From positions 81,137,072 through 81,201,071 of the forward strand of contig NC_052154.1 in assembly GCF_902713615.1 (NCBI RefSeq): DNA of 64,000 bases. The letters are read 5' to 3'. The notes beneath the pieces are model-generated. The model did no database searches, was not told the origin of the DNA, and was given only the letters and a program-made list of their open reading frames with translations. Within the stretch, counting starts at the first letter, position 1. Each line of letters begins with the position of its first letter. The stretch is from Scyliorhinus canicula. Taxonomy: Eukaryota. The translations under genes and the position numbers were made by a program. Of the stretch, positions 1 through 12,329 are shown in pieces.

Positions 1-266
1 CATTTAGCACAGAGATGAGGAGAAATCCTTTCACTCAGAGAGTGAGCCTATGGATTTCGTACCACAAGAAGTCATTGAGGCTAAAACAATATATGCTTCG
101 AAGAAGCAGTTAGAAATAGCACATGGGGCGAAGGGGGTCAAAGGATATTGGGGGAAGGCGGAATTAGGCAATTGAGTTGGATGATCAGCCATGCTCATAA
201 TGAATGGCGGAGCAGAATCGATGGCCGAATGACCTCCTCCTGCTTCGATTTTCTATGATTCTATGT
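1..266 (+). mobile_element. CR1 LINE 3' end
   Basis: ...gaatgacctcctcctgcttc...ttctatgattctatg tail. Confidence 0.75.
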
Positions 267-904
267 AATGTCGTTAGGAATGTATTGGCTGCATTTTGGT
301 GTCCAAACTTATTCATTCCTCACGTTCGAATCATTACTTTGTGTGTTAGAAATCTTGCAGATCGAAGGAACGTGTCATAGGCAGATTTCACCGTCCGTGT
401 TGGGGTGCAACGAGCACATCAGGGACCCAAGACTGTTCTGGAAAGTAACATTAATCTGGGCACTACTGCTGCTCAATCTGGGCTTTAAATTGCGTTTTGA
501 TCACTTCCATTGCACAGATGCGTTTATTAGTAGCTAAATACTGTTTTACAAATCTGTCTGGAGCAGAGTTCTCCCATTGACATTCGAAGGTCAATACTTT
601 GCCAGTAAACATCCAGAGCTACTTTATATTTGTCACGCATGCGTAGGTCGGTATATTTGCTTTTATGGCGTTTCCGCATACCCTTTTCAGCCATCTTTAG
701 AATAATCATTAGTGTGTGCCTTAAAGGGAATGTTATGTGCCCAAAAGAGCTATTTTATATTCCTTGAGTGATGTAGCGGGTAATATCTCTCGAGATGTTA
801 CTATTTTCCAGGCCGCTTTTTATTGCACACTACTGAGGTTTGTATTCGCAAAACCCGTGACGCAATAACATCCTCACTGGACGTGCAATCCAGAAAACCA
901 ATAT

Positions 905-1190
905 ATATGACCCGGGTCCCGGGTACGAATCCTACCATGGCAGATTGCGAAATTTGAAGTCAATAACAAAAATATGGAATCAGAAAAAGTCGAATGCTGA
1001 TCATGAAACCATTGTCGTAAAAAACACCTATTTGCTTATCCCCTCTGGCGAGCGAAATCTGCCAAACTGGACTGACCTAATGTGACTTCATAGCAATCCG
1101 GTTCAATCTGAAGTGCCCTCAGAAATGGTTGAGCTAGGCACTCAGTTGGGCAATGGCTGGATCCCACGAAATAATTAAAAATAAAAAAAT
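905..1190 (+). mobile_element. DeuSINE-like (SacSINE-type) SINE
   Basis: gggtacgaatcctaccatggcagattg...catgaaaccattgtcg...gaaatctgcc core with an A-rich tail. A second copy lies at about 11890-12245 (-). Confidence 0.55.
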
Positions 1191-3122
1191 GTCCGGGAAG
1201 AGGGATGTATCACTTGCCTATGAGTTTAAAAATTGGGATGCACTACCGCTTCTGAAAGAAACAGGTTAGCAAGATGACGCATTGGATTTTTCTTTTACGA
1301 ATCTGTTCCTTTATCATCTCCAGGTCCAATTCTATGATATACAACAGGCAGTCAGGAACAATCTTAACGAGAAACCTTCTTCATAAACTGTCCAGAATTA
1401 TGAATTATTTTGCATAAATTGGCTTTATTAGACGTTTTGTGACAAAATGCAAAAGCTACAGTTTATGTGTCAATGAGATCAATAATATAATACTTTAAGG
1501 CGTGAAAAAATGCATTGCACGTGGAGGTTTAAAACTTAACTTTACTAAAGCTTGTGCAATCATCAATAAGAAAAGGCAGACAGTGCATTTACGAAAATGC
1601 GTTTAGTCATATTTGAAAATTGAGTACATAATAGTGGGACAAATGCCATTAGACGAAATATTGATATTTTTTCCCTTTGCAATGATAGTGCGGATCGGAA
1701 AGTTACAGTCACGCTTATACAATAGAACATCGGTTTACGGTAATCATTGGGTGTTGCTATAATTACATATTGAAACACACAATGTAAAACAACTGTGGCT
1801 ATTGAATGTTGGATACGCCCATAGCGTGTTGCAATATTGTTCCATTCTTAGAACCCATCCCTTCACATTTCGAGACGCGCGAGTGATACACGTCCTCTGC
1901 CAAGCTCGAATAAACAATTCACCTTGTCAATATTTAGCAACACGTGTGTAGCTAAGACCAAAACATTACAATCCCTTGATAATGGTTTACACGTTATTAG
2001 AACTGTCAAACCACGCACAGTCATCGGTTACATGCCGTAAATAGACTATTTCGGTTAATCAATTGTGAAAATGATCTGCACTTCTTTGTCTCCATATTGA
2101 ATCAAAGCATGGTTTCAGGTAAGCAAATTAAATGTTAGGTTCAAACTGAAATATCATGACAAGTGAACAGCTGCCCATTTAATTGCATTATTCGGGATCT
2201 CTCTCTTTCGGTACAAACGTTCTCGTAGTGACATGAACTGAACGAGTCAAGTCCCCACAGATTTTTTTAAAAAGTAGATCGTACGTGTCTTCCCCTGCAG
2301 GCGTTTTTGAAGAAACAACTATGGCAATAGTGAAAGGTACTGCAGCAAATGTCGATGTCATGGAAGTGAAAATAATGATAATTTAACGCTATAGGTTAAT
2401 GATGCATGGATGAGGGATACATGGAGTACATTTCAGAATGGAATTCGATGTATACTTAAAAAGGAGAAACTGGATGAGCTCGGGAACGTATCAAGAGTGG
2501 GAACAATGGGGAAACTCTTTCAAAATTTCAGCACTGGTCAGTGGACAGTATGTCTCCTTATCGGTTATATGAATACATAATTCTACATGGTCCATGTGGA
2601 GCTAGATATTTGCAAAGTAAAAAAACAACTCGAAACTCATTTATGTAAATTGAGGGACACGTTTGTGCACTACAGCCTCGCGTAGTTTGTATCAGACAGG
2701 CTCGAGGTCAGAATGCAGTCACGGGATATGGAAACCAACACATTGTGTTTCCGATGTTACGCAACAAAGTGAGCACTAATGGTTAACTTGTAAGAAAAAA
2801 ATCCTATATAATCGATTTTTATTGATTACAGTTAATTAAATGCCACGAGACTTTTGGCTTATCATTGTAGCTGAAAGAAGAGGTGAGTCATTATTTTTTA
2901 AAAAACTTATTTAACATTAAAGTATGTCAGGATATTTACGTTTTTCATAAAATTAGCGAAAATAAAGCTCTTCAAATAAACTAAATAGCAAGTGACTACC
3001 ACATATCGTATGAGAGGCACGGTGTCGCACAGTACACATACACGTGGTGCCCGTCCGGCGGAAGGAAGCGATCGGCACAGACAACCGGTTGATTTTTGTC
3101 TCCAGTTGCCAGCCTCTTTCAC

Positions 3123-3248
3123 TCAACTTTGCTTTTGTATCCGCAGTTGGGCATACTCTGTGCCCCTTTCGTTAGGTTTGCCTCGGCCTAAGTCAGTCAG
3201 TGCGACACTCGCGAAAATCGGATCGTCACCGGCTTTCCTCTGTTGCGC
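3123..3248 (-). CDS. Gene A terminal exon AQQRKAGDDPIFASVALTDLGRGKPNERGTEYAQLRIQKQS*
   Basis: Acceptor attgatcttccag, phase 0. Contains TEYAQL (ITSM-like, compare SIRPa TEYASI) and the stop TGA at 3125-3123. Confidence 0.85.
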   Translation of the reverse strand, partial: AQQRKAGDDPIFASVALTDLGRGKPNERGTEYAQLRIQKQS

Positions 3249-6200
3249 CTGGAAGATCAATATTTGAAAATATGGTTCATTTGTCGTTTTCCAAGTTCCC
3301 TGGTGAATTGTTGAAAACATTCACCAGAAGGACTCGCAAATAATCTTTAGACAATATGCGGGCAAATTCCACAGAGACATATACGCTGCCTTACCGCATG
3401 AATGTTGATGTTACATGGGAGTTCTTTGTTTATCTGATGTGTCAGTCAGGCCTACCTGAGCATACTAACCTTTTCACGTTTACACCTTGGAGTTTTGCTC
3501 AAATCTAATGTGGCATAATGCAGACATTCAGATGCTGTACCCTGCGTGGTACAAAAAGGAAAACATCGGTTACACGGCGCGTTCATTGAATTCCTCAAGT
3601 GCAGACGGAGGCCATTCGGCCCACAGAGTCTGCACCGATCTTCTAAAAGAGCACATTACTTAGTCCCACTTCCCCTCCCTATTCCCGTAACCCCATGACC
3701 CCACCACACCCGCACATCTTTGGACACTAAGGAACAATCTTTCAGTATGGCTAATCCACCTAATTTGCACATCTTTGGACTGTGGGGGGAAACCGGAGCA
3801 CCCAGATAAACCCCACGCAGACGCGGGGAAACGTGCAAACTCCACGCAGTTTGTCACCCAAGGCCGGAATTGAACCCATGTCCCTTGCGCTGTGAGAAAG
3901 CAGTGCTAAGCACTATCCCAGCGTGCTGCCCATTGTGCTCGGTATGCTCACCAGTTTACAGTCATGCTGATCAAACATTGAACAGATTTATTTGGGTTCG
4001 AGCTGAATTAAGCAAACATTTATATAAGTGCAGTGGCCACAATACCAAATATTAAAACCTGCAAATGCTCACTCGACGTGATTGCTGCAGGGCTCATTAC
4101 GTAAAATCGAATTTCAAAGGATAAATTAATTTATGAATCGTTATTAACTCGGTAGATTTTCAATGACATTGGTGGTTTTCTTTTCTGAGCATTTATCAAT
4201 GTTCTGCAGAAATGAACGAGGTGGCAAGTAAATTTCCATATCTGATCGGAATATCTGACCGGGACAGAACAAGTACTTTTATTAAATAGACTGAAACTGG
4301 TCTGACATGATTGTAACATTAACTTTCCATTCTATCTATCGTTCCTGATATTTCAACAAACTGTCAATGAATGAATTAACGCACCAACTCCTCGCGCCGG
4401 TCCCCGCTTTTTATATGTTCTTCTTTATCTATAAATAATTGAAATTTAATTATTTATCATATTATGTTGTATTATAAAAAATATATTGAAAAAAAGACAC
4501 ACTTACCTCATTTACATATCGGAGATGACAAAGATATGTGGATGGTAAGAAATAGCCGGAGTATGCCAAAAATGTTTGAAATCCTAACAGTTTGTAACGG
4601 TCAGCAATAGACTACCTTTTGAATTTTCATCCAAAGCCAATGTATTATTTGAGGCGGCGGAAATCGAAGGACATAGAAATACAACGGGGGATATTGCGTG
4701 GCTTAGCACTCCCGAAGAGCAGTATGGCCCACTCATGCTCCCATCATATCCACCTATGTGTGCAACCATTGCTTAGCCACATTCAAACTAATTGCCCCTC
4801 CACTACGACGTGGTTTGCAAAGTGATTCTGTGTTACGATACTCTTCATTTACCATTTGAAACTTATTTTTGAAACCACTGGATTTTTTTCTAGTTTTGTT
4901 ACAGTTATGAAGGCATCTCCGATACCATATAATTACAACAATTCGTACGATCTTAAGACCATAAGACTGTTTTCAACTTTAACTCCCATTCGGCTTCTCT
5001 TTCTCCTGCATTACCCGGAAACTGACATTCACCTTGAGATTTTTTACTAAAATCAAGGGTCCACAGTAGATCCTACCAACATTCTTCTGCAATCGGTTCC
5101 GCCACCCAATCACGATCAGAAACGCCACCAAGGCGAATCCAGCCACTGCACATCCTGGAATCCAATAGGAAACTGACATCGGGACAATATCTGCAAGATT
5201 AATTTTAACATGATGTCATAGCGGATGTTGAATAAATGTGAATAAAGTGGTCCGTTTTTCATGATCAACAAACTGTTCTTGAAATTATTTATTTATTAAC
5301 GTACAGTTTGAGAAAGTCGAGATACTTTACACAAGCAGTTAATCGATGTCCGCACACAATCTGGACTGCAGCAGTCGGTTAGAAATCCCCTTCAATTCTC
5401 TCAACCGTGGTTATCAAAGCCAGGATCCCATTGGAGGTGGAAAGGTATCACGAGCATACTACCCTCCCAAACAGCCTAGCAAGGCACTCAATTCAAGTGC
5501 AGTTCGGGATGCGGGAAGAATATTGGCCTTCTCATGGATCTGCAGTTCCCATGACGGAACATGAACAGCCTTCTGCATTAAACTGGTACAGTTTAAATGA
5601 CATTCATCAGGAAGACTCTTATTAACCCACCATGGACGGTGAGTCACAGAAATTGGCCAGAGGATTGATTTCAGAACTCTGCATTGGAAGTAGACAAACG
5701 AGGGGCAGTATCGCGAGTTACATTGCGAGATGTCCGTGCACAATCAACTTGCCGACAGCTCCTGCTACGGTCTGAATGCAGGAAGAGTAGGCAATAGTAA
5801 ATAATAAAACGCTTAACATAGAAAATAGAAACTGGCCGGCACGGTAGCACAGTGGTTAGCACAGTTGCTTCACAGCTACAGGGTCCCAGGTTCGATTCCC
5901 AGGTCATTGTGTGGAGTATGGACGTTCGCCCTGTGTCTGCGTGGGTTTCCTCCGCGTGCTCGGGAGTCCTCCCACAGTCCAAAGATGTGCAGGTTGGGAG
6001 GATTGCCCATGTTAAATTGCCCCTTCGTATCGAAAAAAAGGGGTGGGGTTACGGGATAGCTGAGGTGTCGGCTCAGGTATCCGACCTCAGCCGACACCTC
6101 AGCCTACCCTGAGGTAGGGTTCTCTTTCCACTCTTCTGCAGTGTAGATTCTAATATTATATGATTAATAACATTCGGGTGAGGTCACGTTATACTGGGAA

Positions 6201-8329
6201 ATGTGAACGGGTGTTTAATATATTTAAGTGCTGCACAAATAAATTCCAAAGCAAACATTGTTTGAGGGAGAATGCTTATGTATCTGGCGATATAACCTAG
6301 TTTTGCAACACATCGGGTTAAATTCCCTTGTAAAGATACGACTTTGATGTTCGCATTGATAATTCCCACGATGTTTATGAGGCCAATTTCTGTATTATTA
6401 ATATGTATGAACATATAACTCTATTCAAAAGTAGCTGGTGCTCCGTACCTTTAGAAACAGTGTAGGTGGCCACAGCTGGAGTCTTGAGGGACATATGCGA
6501 TACCAAACAAGTATAGTTGTTGACTGTCCTGACAGTCGTCGACTCAATCAAAGTGCTCGAAACTTCATACAGTCCATCTCTGTTCTTCACTTTAATGGTG
6601 TTTATTCCGAGTGCAGTTTCCCTGCCATTTTTATACCAAGTGAGAGTGAAATTTGCTGGGTAAAACGCAGCCGTTTCACAGACTAGCATCAAGGACGAAG
6701 ACGATTTCAATCCAGATGTCCTGGAGTGAAGCTTCAATGGTGTTGGGGCCACTGCGGGACACACAATTAACATAGTTGAGCTACTGTGCACTATTGGAAT
6801 AAATCAAATATATTTCTGATTGACTTTCGTTCTGTTTTCCTACATTAGGACCAGTGGCAATTCTAATCTCCTGTCTTTTTACTATTATGCACACCATCTA
6901 ATCACAATTCACCTTTCTCTCTCATAAAGACCGCTTTCGGTTAACTTTGCCATGGTGTCAAACCCAAAGTTCTCGAATTACTTGGAAGGCAAGGCGGAAT
7001 GATTTGCTAACCAATGTTTGGTTTACATCGCCTGTAAACCAAGGCGATATAAATCAAACATCATTCGGCTTTGGTGGGCAAATCGGCTTACTGATTCCTC
7101 GATGTGCTTGATGTGTGGTGATAGTGAAAAAATAGGCATTTTCTTGACGATAAATGGAACGATTCATCGTCTCTGAACAACTCAGAACCCGAGCATGACC
7201 AATGGAAACAAATTATATTCAGTTGAAACTCTCGAGGTTTCATCAACATTGCCTCTCTGTAGTGTCGTATTTGTTGCGAAGTTCGAGACGTGACAAGCAT
7301 GCGTGTTTCAAACTCCAGTCCATTGAGTGAATCAACTGCTTTATAGTTAGCAGCACATTAGCATCCAAATCAATACCGTATCATCATGTGAGATTTCATT
7401 TCAGAAATATTAATCTCCAAGTGATTAATGCCGACAGACAGAATATCAAAACTGGACGAACAACCATGTACATTTTGGGAGAGGCCCGTTAATATGGACA
7501 ATTTTCCGTCAGCTATATTTTAGGAATTCATTACAAATTTCTGCTATTAGTTAATTTATTTGTACTCATAATTAGAAGCTAGTCGATTTATATTGCGAAG
7601 ATATGCAAACTTCACCGTGTCACATCGCATGCATAATTAGTATTTCGATACAGAGCACCCAGATATACATTAACTTAACTTAAATATGTTCATAGACACG
7701 TTTTACTGACAGAAGTGATGCACAGCCACGATTGTTGTGTTTGATATATTTATAGCGGTCTCGTTCTCCTGTGCTCCAAACTTACCATGCACAATTAGAT
7801 GCGATCCGGTTCCATTTCTTCCATGTAGTCCATAACGGATCACAGAGCAGTGATAGATTCCAGCGTCTTCCAATGTCGCGCCCAGCAACTGAAAGAACCC
7901 GCTCACTTGACGTTCATGACCAAACCGTTTTCTCTTGTCTGCGCTTGAACGAAGGTATTCATTCTCGCCATGCTTCCACCATAATATCCGGACCCAGGAT
8001 TGTTCTTTAAAAATGGGGAATATGCAGTAGAAGGTGGCGTTCCCCCCTCTGGATGTAGCCACTTCTTCTGGTGCTTGAGACACACTGAAAGTAACGTGGT
8101 CCGCAGCTGTCAGAAATATAGACAAACACAGGTTAATCGCATGAGCTAAGGCATGAGGATGGACGATCAAAACTTAACCCAGACAAAGGAAATAAGATTA
8201 GCTAAATTATTATGAAAATTACCTAGGAGGAAGTTTATTAATTAAGGTAAGTGGGCAAATAAATAAACTAGTACCTGTGTGACTAACCCCTCGGAGAATG
8301 ATCCATATAAAAACCATACAAGTTGCCAT
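3123..8329 (-). CDS. Gene A: inhibitory-type IgSF receptor, leader-V(J)-C1-TM-cytoplasmic ITIM/ITSM (SIRP-like / NKp30-like V), 7 exons, ~355 aa
   Basis: Exons read on the minus strand: 8329-8275, 8106-7786, 6751-6449, 5190-5077, 4583-4507, 3541-3470, 3248-3123. All introns are GT-AG and phases match (1,1,1,1,0,0). Total 1068 nt is an open frame ending in TGA. The 4583-4507 exon is the least certain. Confidence 0.85.
3470..3541 (-). CDS. Gene A exon 6, cytoplasmic ITIM exon GTASECLHYATLDLSKTPRCKREK
   Basis: Strong acceptor ttttcctttttgtaccacgcag, donor AAG|gttagt, 72 nt, phase 0-0. LHYATL fits the ITIM consensus (I/V/L/S)xYxx(L/V). Confidence 0.85.
3590..3931 (-). mobile_element. tRNA-derived V-SINE/HE1-like SINE in a gene A intron
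   Basis: tRNA-like head (gggcagcacg...ggttcaattcc), central core ctccggtttcc..ccacagtccaaagatgtgc, CR1-like tail. Confidence 0.85.
4507..4583 (-). CDS. Gene A exon 5, cytoplasmic (G)FQTFLAYSGYFLPSTYLCHLRYVNE
   Basis: Perfect donor GAG|gtaagt. The 77-nt length gives the phase 1->0 change needed to join the TM and ITIM exons. The acceptor (ctgttag) has a weak pyrimidine tract. Confidence 0.55.
5077..5190 (-). CDS. Gene A exon 4, transmembrane DIVPMSVSYWIPGCAVAGFALVAFLIVIGWRNRLQKNV
   Basis: Acceptor atcttgcag, donor G|gtagga, 114 nt. An uncharged hydrophobic stretch is followed by a basic stop-transfer segment (RNRLQK). Confidence 0.88.
5834..6153 (+). mobile_element. V-SINE/HE1-like SINE in a gene A intron, with an internal inverted duplication
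   Basis: Same head, core and tail. Hairpin at 6059-6103. Confidence 0.85.
6449..6751 (-). CDS. Gene A exon 3, C1-set Ig domain
   Basis: Acceptor gtcccgcag, donor G|gtacgg, 303 nt, phase 1-1. Motifs LVCETAAFYPANFTLTW, DGLYEVSSTL and YTCLVSH are typical of C1-set. Confidence 0.93.
7786..8106 (-). CDS. Gene A exon 2, V-set Ig domain with joined J-like G strand
   Basis: Acceptor tttctgacag, donor G|gtaag, 321 nt, phase 1-1. Motifs: B-strand Cys (NATFYC), C-strand WWK, DAGIYHC, and G strand NGTGSHLIV. Confidence 0.93.
8275..8329 (-). CDS. Gene A exon 1, signal peptide MATCMVFIWIILRGVSHT(A)
   Basis: ATG at 8329, hydrophobic core, 55 nt ending in phase-1 donor G|gtac, 168 bp upstream of the V exon. 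Confidence 0.75.
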
Positions 8330-9559
8330 TTTTATCAATGGACCGAATCGTTGAGTCTCTGCGAGCGTGTAACGGTGAAAAATAGTTTGCGGTTAGTTTT
8401 CTATCAGCGGCGTCACAATGACATCTGACATCCGGCAACCGGGTGCTCAGAAATCAAGATTCGTTTTGTGAAGTGGGATTTTCTCATTTATGCAATTATT
8501 TTACATCTGGAATCACTTGTTTTACGGACATCGAAAGGTAAGGGAAATATAGATTTTCTAACTCTGAATTTACTCACATCGCCGAGTCGGTTATGTTTCT
8601 TGGCAGCTAACGGCATTCTAACCAGGATGGAGAACAGCGGCGAAGCGCCGACCAATCGTGGCTTGCTCGAATATGTCAAAGACTATATAGGGGTTGAGAA
8701 CGGCCATATTCACAAATATTGTAATACTGGGCAGTGTATTTATTGTCTGTCTGATTTGGGAAACCGCACGGAGAGACTCAAAGGGGATCTGTGAGCTGAC
8801 AACAGCTTGGCTGTCACCATGCACACGTGGAGGTTGGAGACGTGGTGCCAGTTTGGAAGGTGAGCGCAGTGAGTTAATTGAAAGGAGGGGTGACATTGGT
8901 TTCCAATGAGGCCGTGTCTTCGGAAAAACCCGCGCTTTATATCACAACTCTCTGATAAAAATTACCGGCTGCTTATTCCGCATTGGGCCACGCAGAACGA
9001 GCTGCGAATGGGGTAAGGCATGTTTAGAGGGTGCTTGGCGGAAGAAGAAAATACGTTTCTGAGGAACAGAGTATCTGGGATGTGGTCGGCTGTGCAAGAG
9101 AGTTTTGTTCCCGTAGACAAGTGTTAAAGTCTTTAAAATTATCTGTCACCAGACGAGAAGGATTTCACTTGCAGGTTGTGAGTTGCCGGGTGGGTGGTGG
9201 GCAGATCGGTGGGCGGGGGGGGGGGGGGGGGGGTGCGCTAGGAGGTAGCGGTGGATGGCGAAGGTGAGAGTTGACGCTGGATAGGGAAGCAAATATTTGA
9301 TTATCGTTACGCTCCACATGAGCGGGATCGGTGGCACACAGCCATAGCGCCATGGACCCGGGTTTGATTCCAATCTTGGGTGATTGCATGTGTTTCCACC
9401 GGGTGCTCCGGTTTCGTACCACAGTCCAAATACCTGCAGGTTAGGTGGCGTTGCGGGGTTAAGGTGGGGCGAGTGCCTGGGTAAGGTGCTCTTTCGGAGG
9501 GTTGGTGCAGACTGTAGGGATTCTATGGATTCTGTTGATACCAATACATAAACAGTGAA

Positions 9560-11830
9560 GACTAATTGTTGCAAAGGTACCAAAACAACTAAAGTCATTT
9601 ATCTGAATTCGCATAGCATTCGTAAAGAGGTTAAGGAAAGCATCACACTCATGGAAAAGTCACATAACCACACAAAGATAAATGGCAAGTCAGTTGATTG
9701 GTCAGGACATAACGAATGGCAAAGATTTACTAAAAGGTTAATCAGGAGGAATTAATTAGAATAAAAGAGGATGTTACCTAGAAATGTAAAGGAAAACGAC
9801 ATTAATAACTTCTACAGGTATTTAAAAAGGACAATTAAGTCAATTCAGGGTTGGTCCTCTGGAGGGTGACATTGGGGAGTTAATAGTAGATAATCAGTTA
9901 ATAGCGGGTGAAATAAACAAATATTTTACTTCTGCCTTCATTATAGAGCGCACAAAAACAATCCAGTAAGAAGTCTTACAACACCAGGTTAAAGTCCAAC
10001 AGCTCGTGTTTGAAACAAACCTGTTGGACTTTAACCTGGTGTTGTAAGACTTCTTACTGTGCTCACCCCAGTCCAACGCCGGCATCTCCACATCAAAACA
10101 ATCCAGAAATAGCAGTAAATCACCAGGTGGAAGCGGAGAGGAATTTGGTGAAATTAGAATCACTAAGGAAGCATTACTGAACAAACTGACTGAGCAGCAG
10201 GTGGACAAGTCTCCGGTTCCATGTGGACTTCATCTCAGGGACTTAAAACAGTGGTTACTGGGGTAGTAAAGGTGTTCCTGTTAATTTTCCAAAATTCGCA
10301 AGATTCTACAAAAGTTGCATCAGGCTGGAATGTAGCAAATATAGTCTCAATATTCAAAAGGGGAGAGTGGCAGAAAACAGGAAACTATAGGACAGTCAAC
10401 TTTTAAAAAAAATAATCGTTATTGTCACAAGTAGACATTCAATAACACTGCAATGAAGTTACTGTGACACGCCCCGATTTCCACATTCCGCGCCTGTTCG
10501 GTACAGAGCAGGAGAATTCAGAATGTCCAAATTACCAAACACCACATCTTTCGGGACTTCTGGGAGGAAACCGGAGCCCCCAGAGGAAACCCACGCAGAG
10601 AACGTGCAGACTCCACACATACAGTGACCCAAGCCAGGAATCGAACCTGGGACCCTGGAGCTATGAAGCAATAGTGCTACCCACTGCTACCATGCTGACC
10701 TATCGTAGGGCCACCTGTCGTAGAGAAGGTGTTAGAATAGACCATTAAGGAATTTATTGATGAGCATTTTTAAAAAATCAATGTAATTGTGAAGAGCAAG
10801 CCTAGTTTCAGGAAAATCAGCTTTGTTAACCAATTTATTGGAATTTTGAAGGAGTAAAATGTGCTGTGGAGAAGGGGCAGGGGATTTTAGATGAACTGTA
10901 CTTTTTCATTTTCATTTTGATCAACGGACCTTTGCAGAAAATAAAAGCCCATCATGTAGAAAATAAAAGCCCATCATGTTCATATATCTATGAACATGAA
11001 TATATTATTTAATGGATGGCAGAAAACAGCGCGTATGGATTAACTGGCCTTTTTCTGATTGGCAGAATGTGGTGACTGGAGTCTCGTAGGGGTCTGTTCT
11101 GAACCACAACTTTCTACAATTTACGTCAATGGTATTGATGATGGAAGTGAAGGCATGGTAGCTGACTTTCAAGATGGAGTGACGATAGGTGGGAAAGTAT
11201 GATGTGAAGAAGACATGAAGAGCTAGCAAATGGATGTAGCTAGATTGAATGGTGGGGCAAATATCTGGCAAATGGGGCACAATATGCAAATTGCGATGTT
11301 TTTCACTTTGGCAAGGGGAGTAAAAAAGGAGGTGTTACTTAAGCGGAGAACAACTGCAGAAGTCCGAGTATTCAAGTACAGCAAATAATTAAGATGGCTA
11401 ATGGAATGATTGTCTTCGTTATGAGATGAATTGAACGTAAAATTACAGATGCCATGATACAGTTACACGGAGCATTGGCGAGGCCACATCTCGAATTCTG
11501 CGTGCAGTTTTGGCATCTGTATATATATAGAAGGTTTTAAATGCGTTGAAGGCGGTTCAAACGGTTTACTAGATGAATACATTTGTCTTAAAGAGGAAAA
11601 AGTAGGCGGATTAGTCTTGCTTCCACTAGATCTTAGACGAGTGAGAGATTACTTGTTTGAAGGATGAAAGATGTTGGACGTGACTGAGAAAGTGGACTAC
11701 TATAAAATTAAAACAGTGCCCTTTTAGAACAGAGATCTCAGACAGTTATGCGTCACAGTAACCCTCTGCCTCAGAGAGCGTTGGAGACGGGGTCGTTGGT
11801 TACCTTCAAGGCAGAAAACGATGGATTATT
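9560..11830 (+). mobile_element. CR1 LINE remnant with nested Penelope fragment and SINE
   Basis: YLNSHSIRK, GWNVANIVSIFKRGEWQKTGNYRTV and a typical CR1 3' region. Confidence 0.8.
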
Positions 11831-12329
11831 GTTAGGCATGTTAATAATGGTTATTGGGGGTGGAGGGATTTTTGTCGTTATTCTTTCCTAGGATGTGGTC
11901 GCAGCTGGCAGGGCCAGCATTAATTGCCCTAGCCAAATTCACTAGAAACTGAATGGCTGGCTATAACAGTTCAGAAGGCGTTTACGAAGCATCCACGTTT
12001 CTGTGGTTCTGGAGTTGCTTGCACGGCAGACTGGTTAAACATGGTAGATATCATTCCCTAAAGGACAATAGTGGACCAGATGTTTTTTTTTATGACAATC
12101 GCCAATGGTTTCATGGTCATGACACTTAATCCCAGATTTGTTATCACTGAATTCAAATTTCACCATCTGCCGTGGTGGGCTTTGAATTCTTGTGCACAAA
12201 ACAGTACGTTGTGTCTCTGAATTACTAGTCCACTGACAACACCACTGGGCCCTCGCCTGTAAAACACAAGCCGAACAGTTATGACCTTGTTGAATGGCGG
12301 AGAAGGCCAGAGGAGACGAATAACCTACT

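Noticed and set aside
7088-7300. Exon-like segment with a gtaagc donor in gene A intron 2
   Set aside because: It is open only in phase 2-2, which is incompatible with the phase-1 intron, and it has no Ig features.
10938-10980. 20-bp direct repeat aaaataaaagcccatcatgt x2
   Set aside because: A small slippage duplication within a CR1 remnant. No CRISPR-like array exists anywhere in this eukaryotic window.
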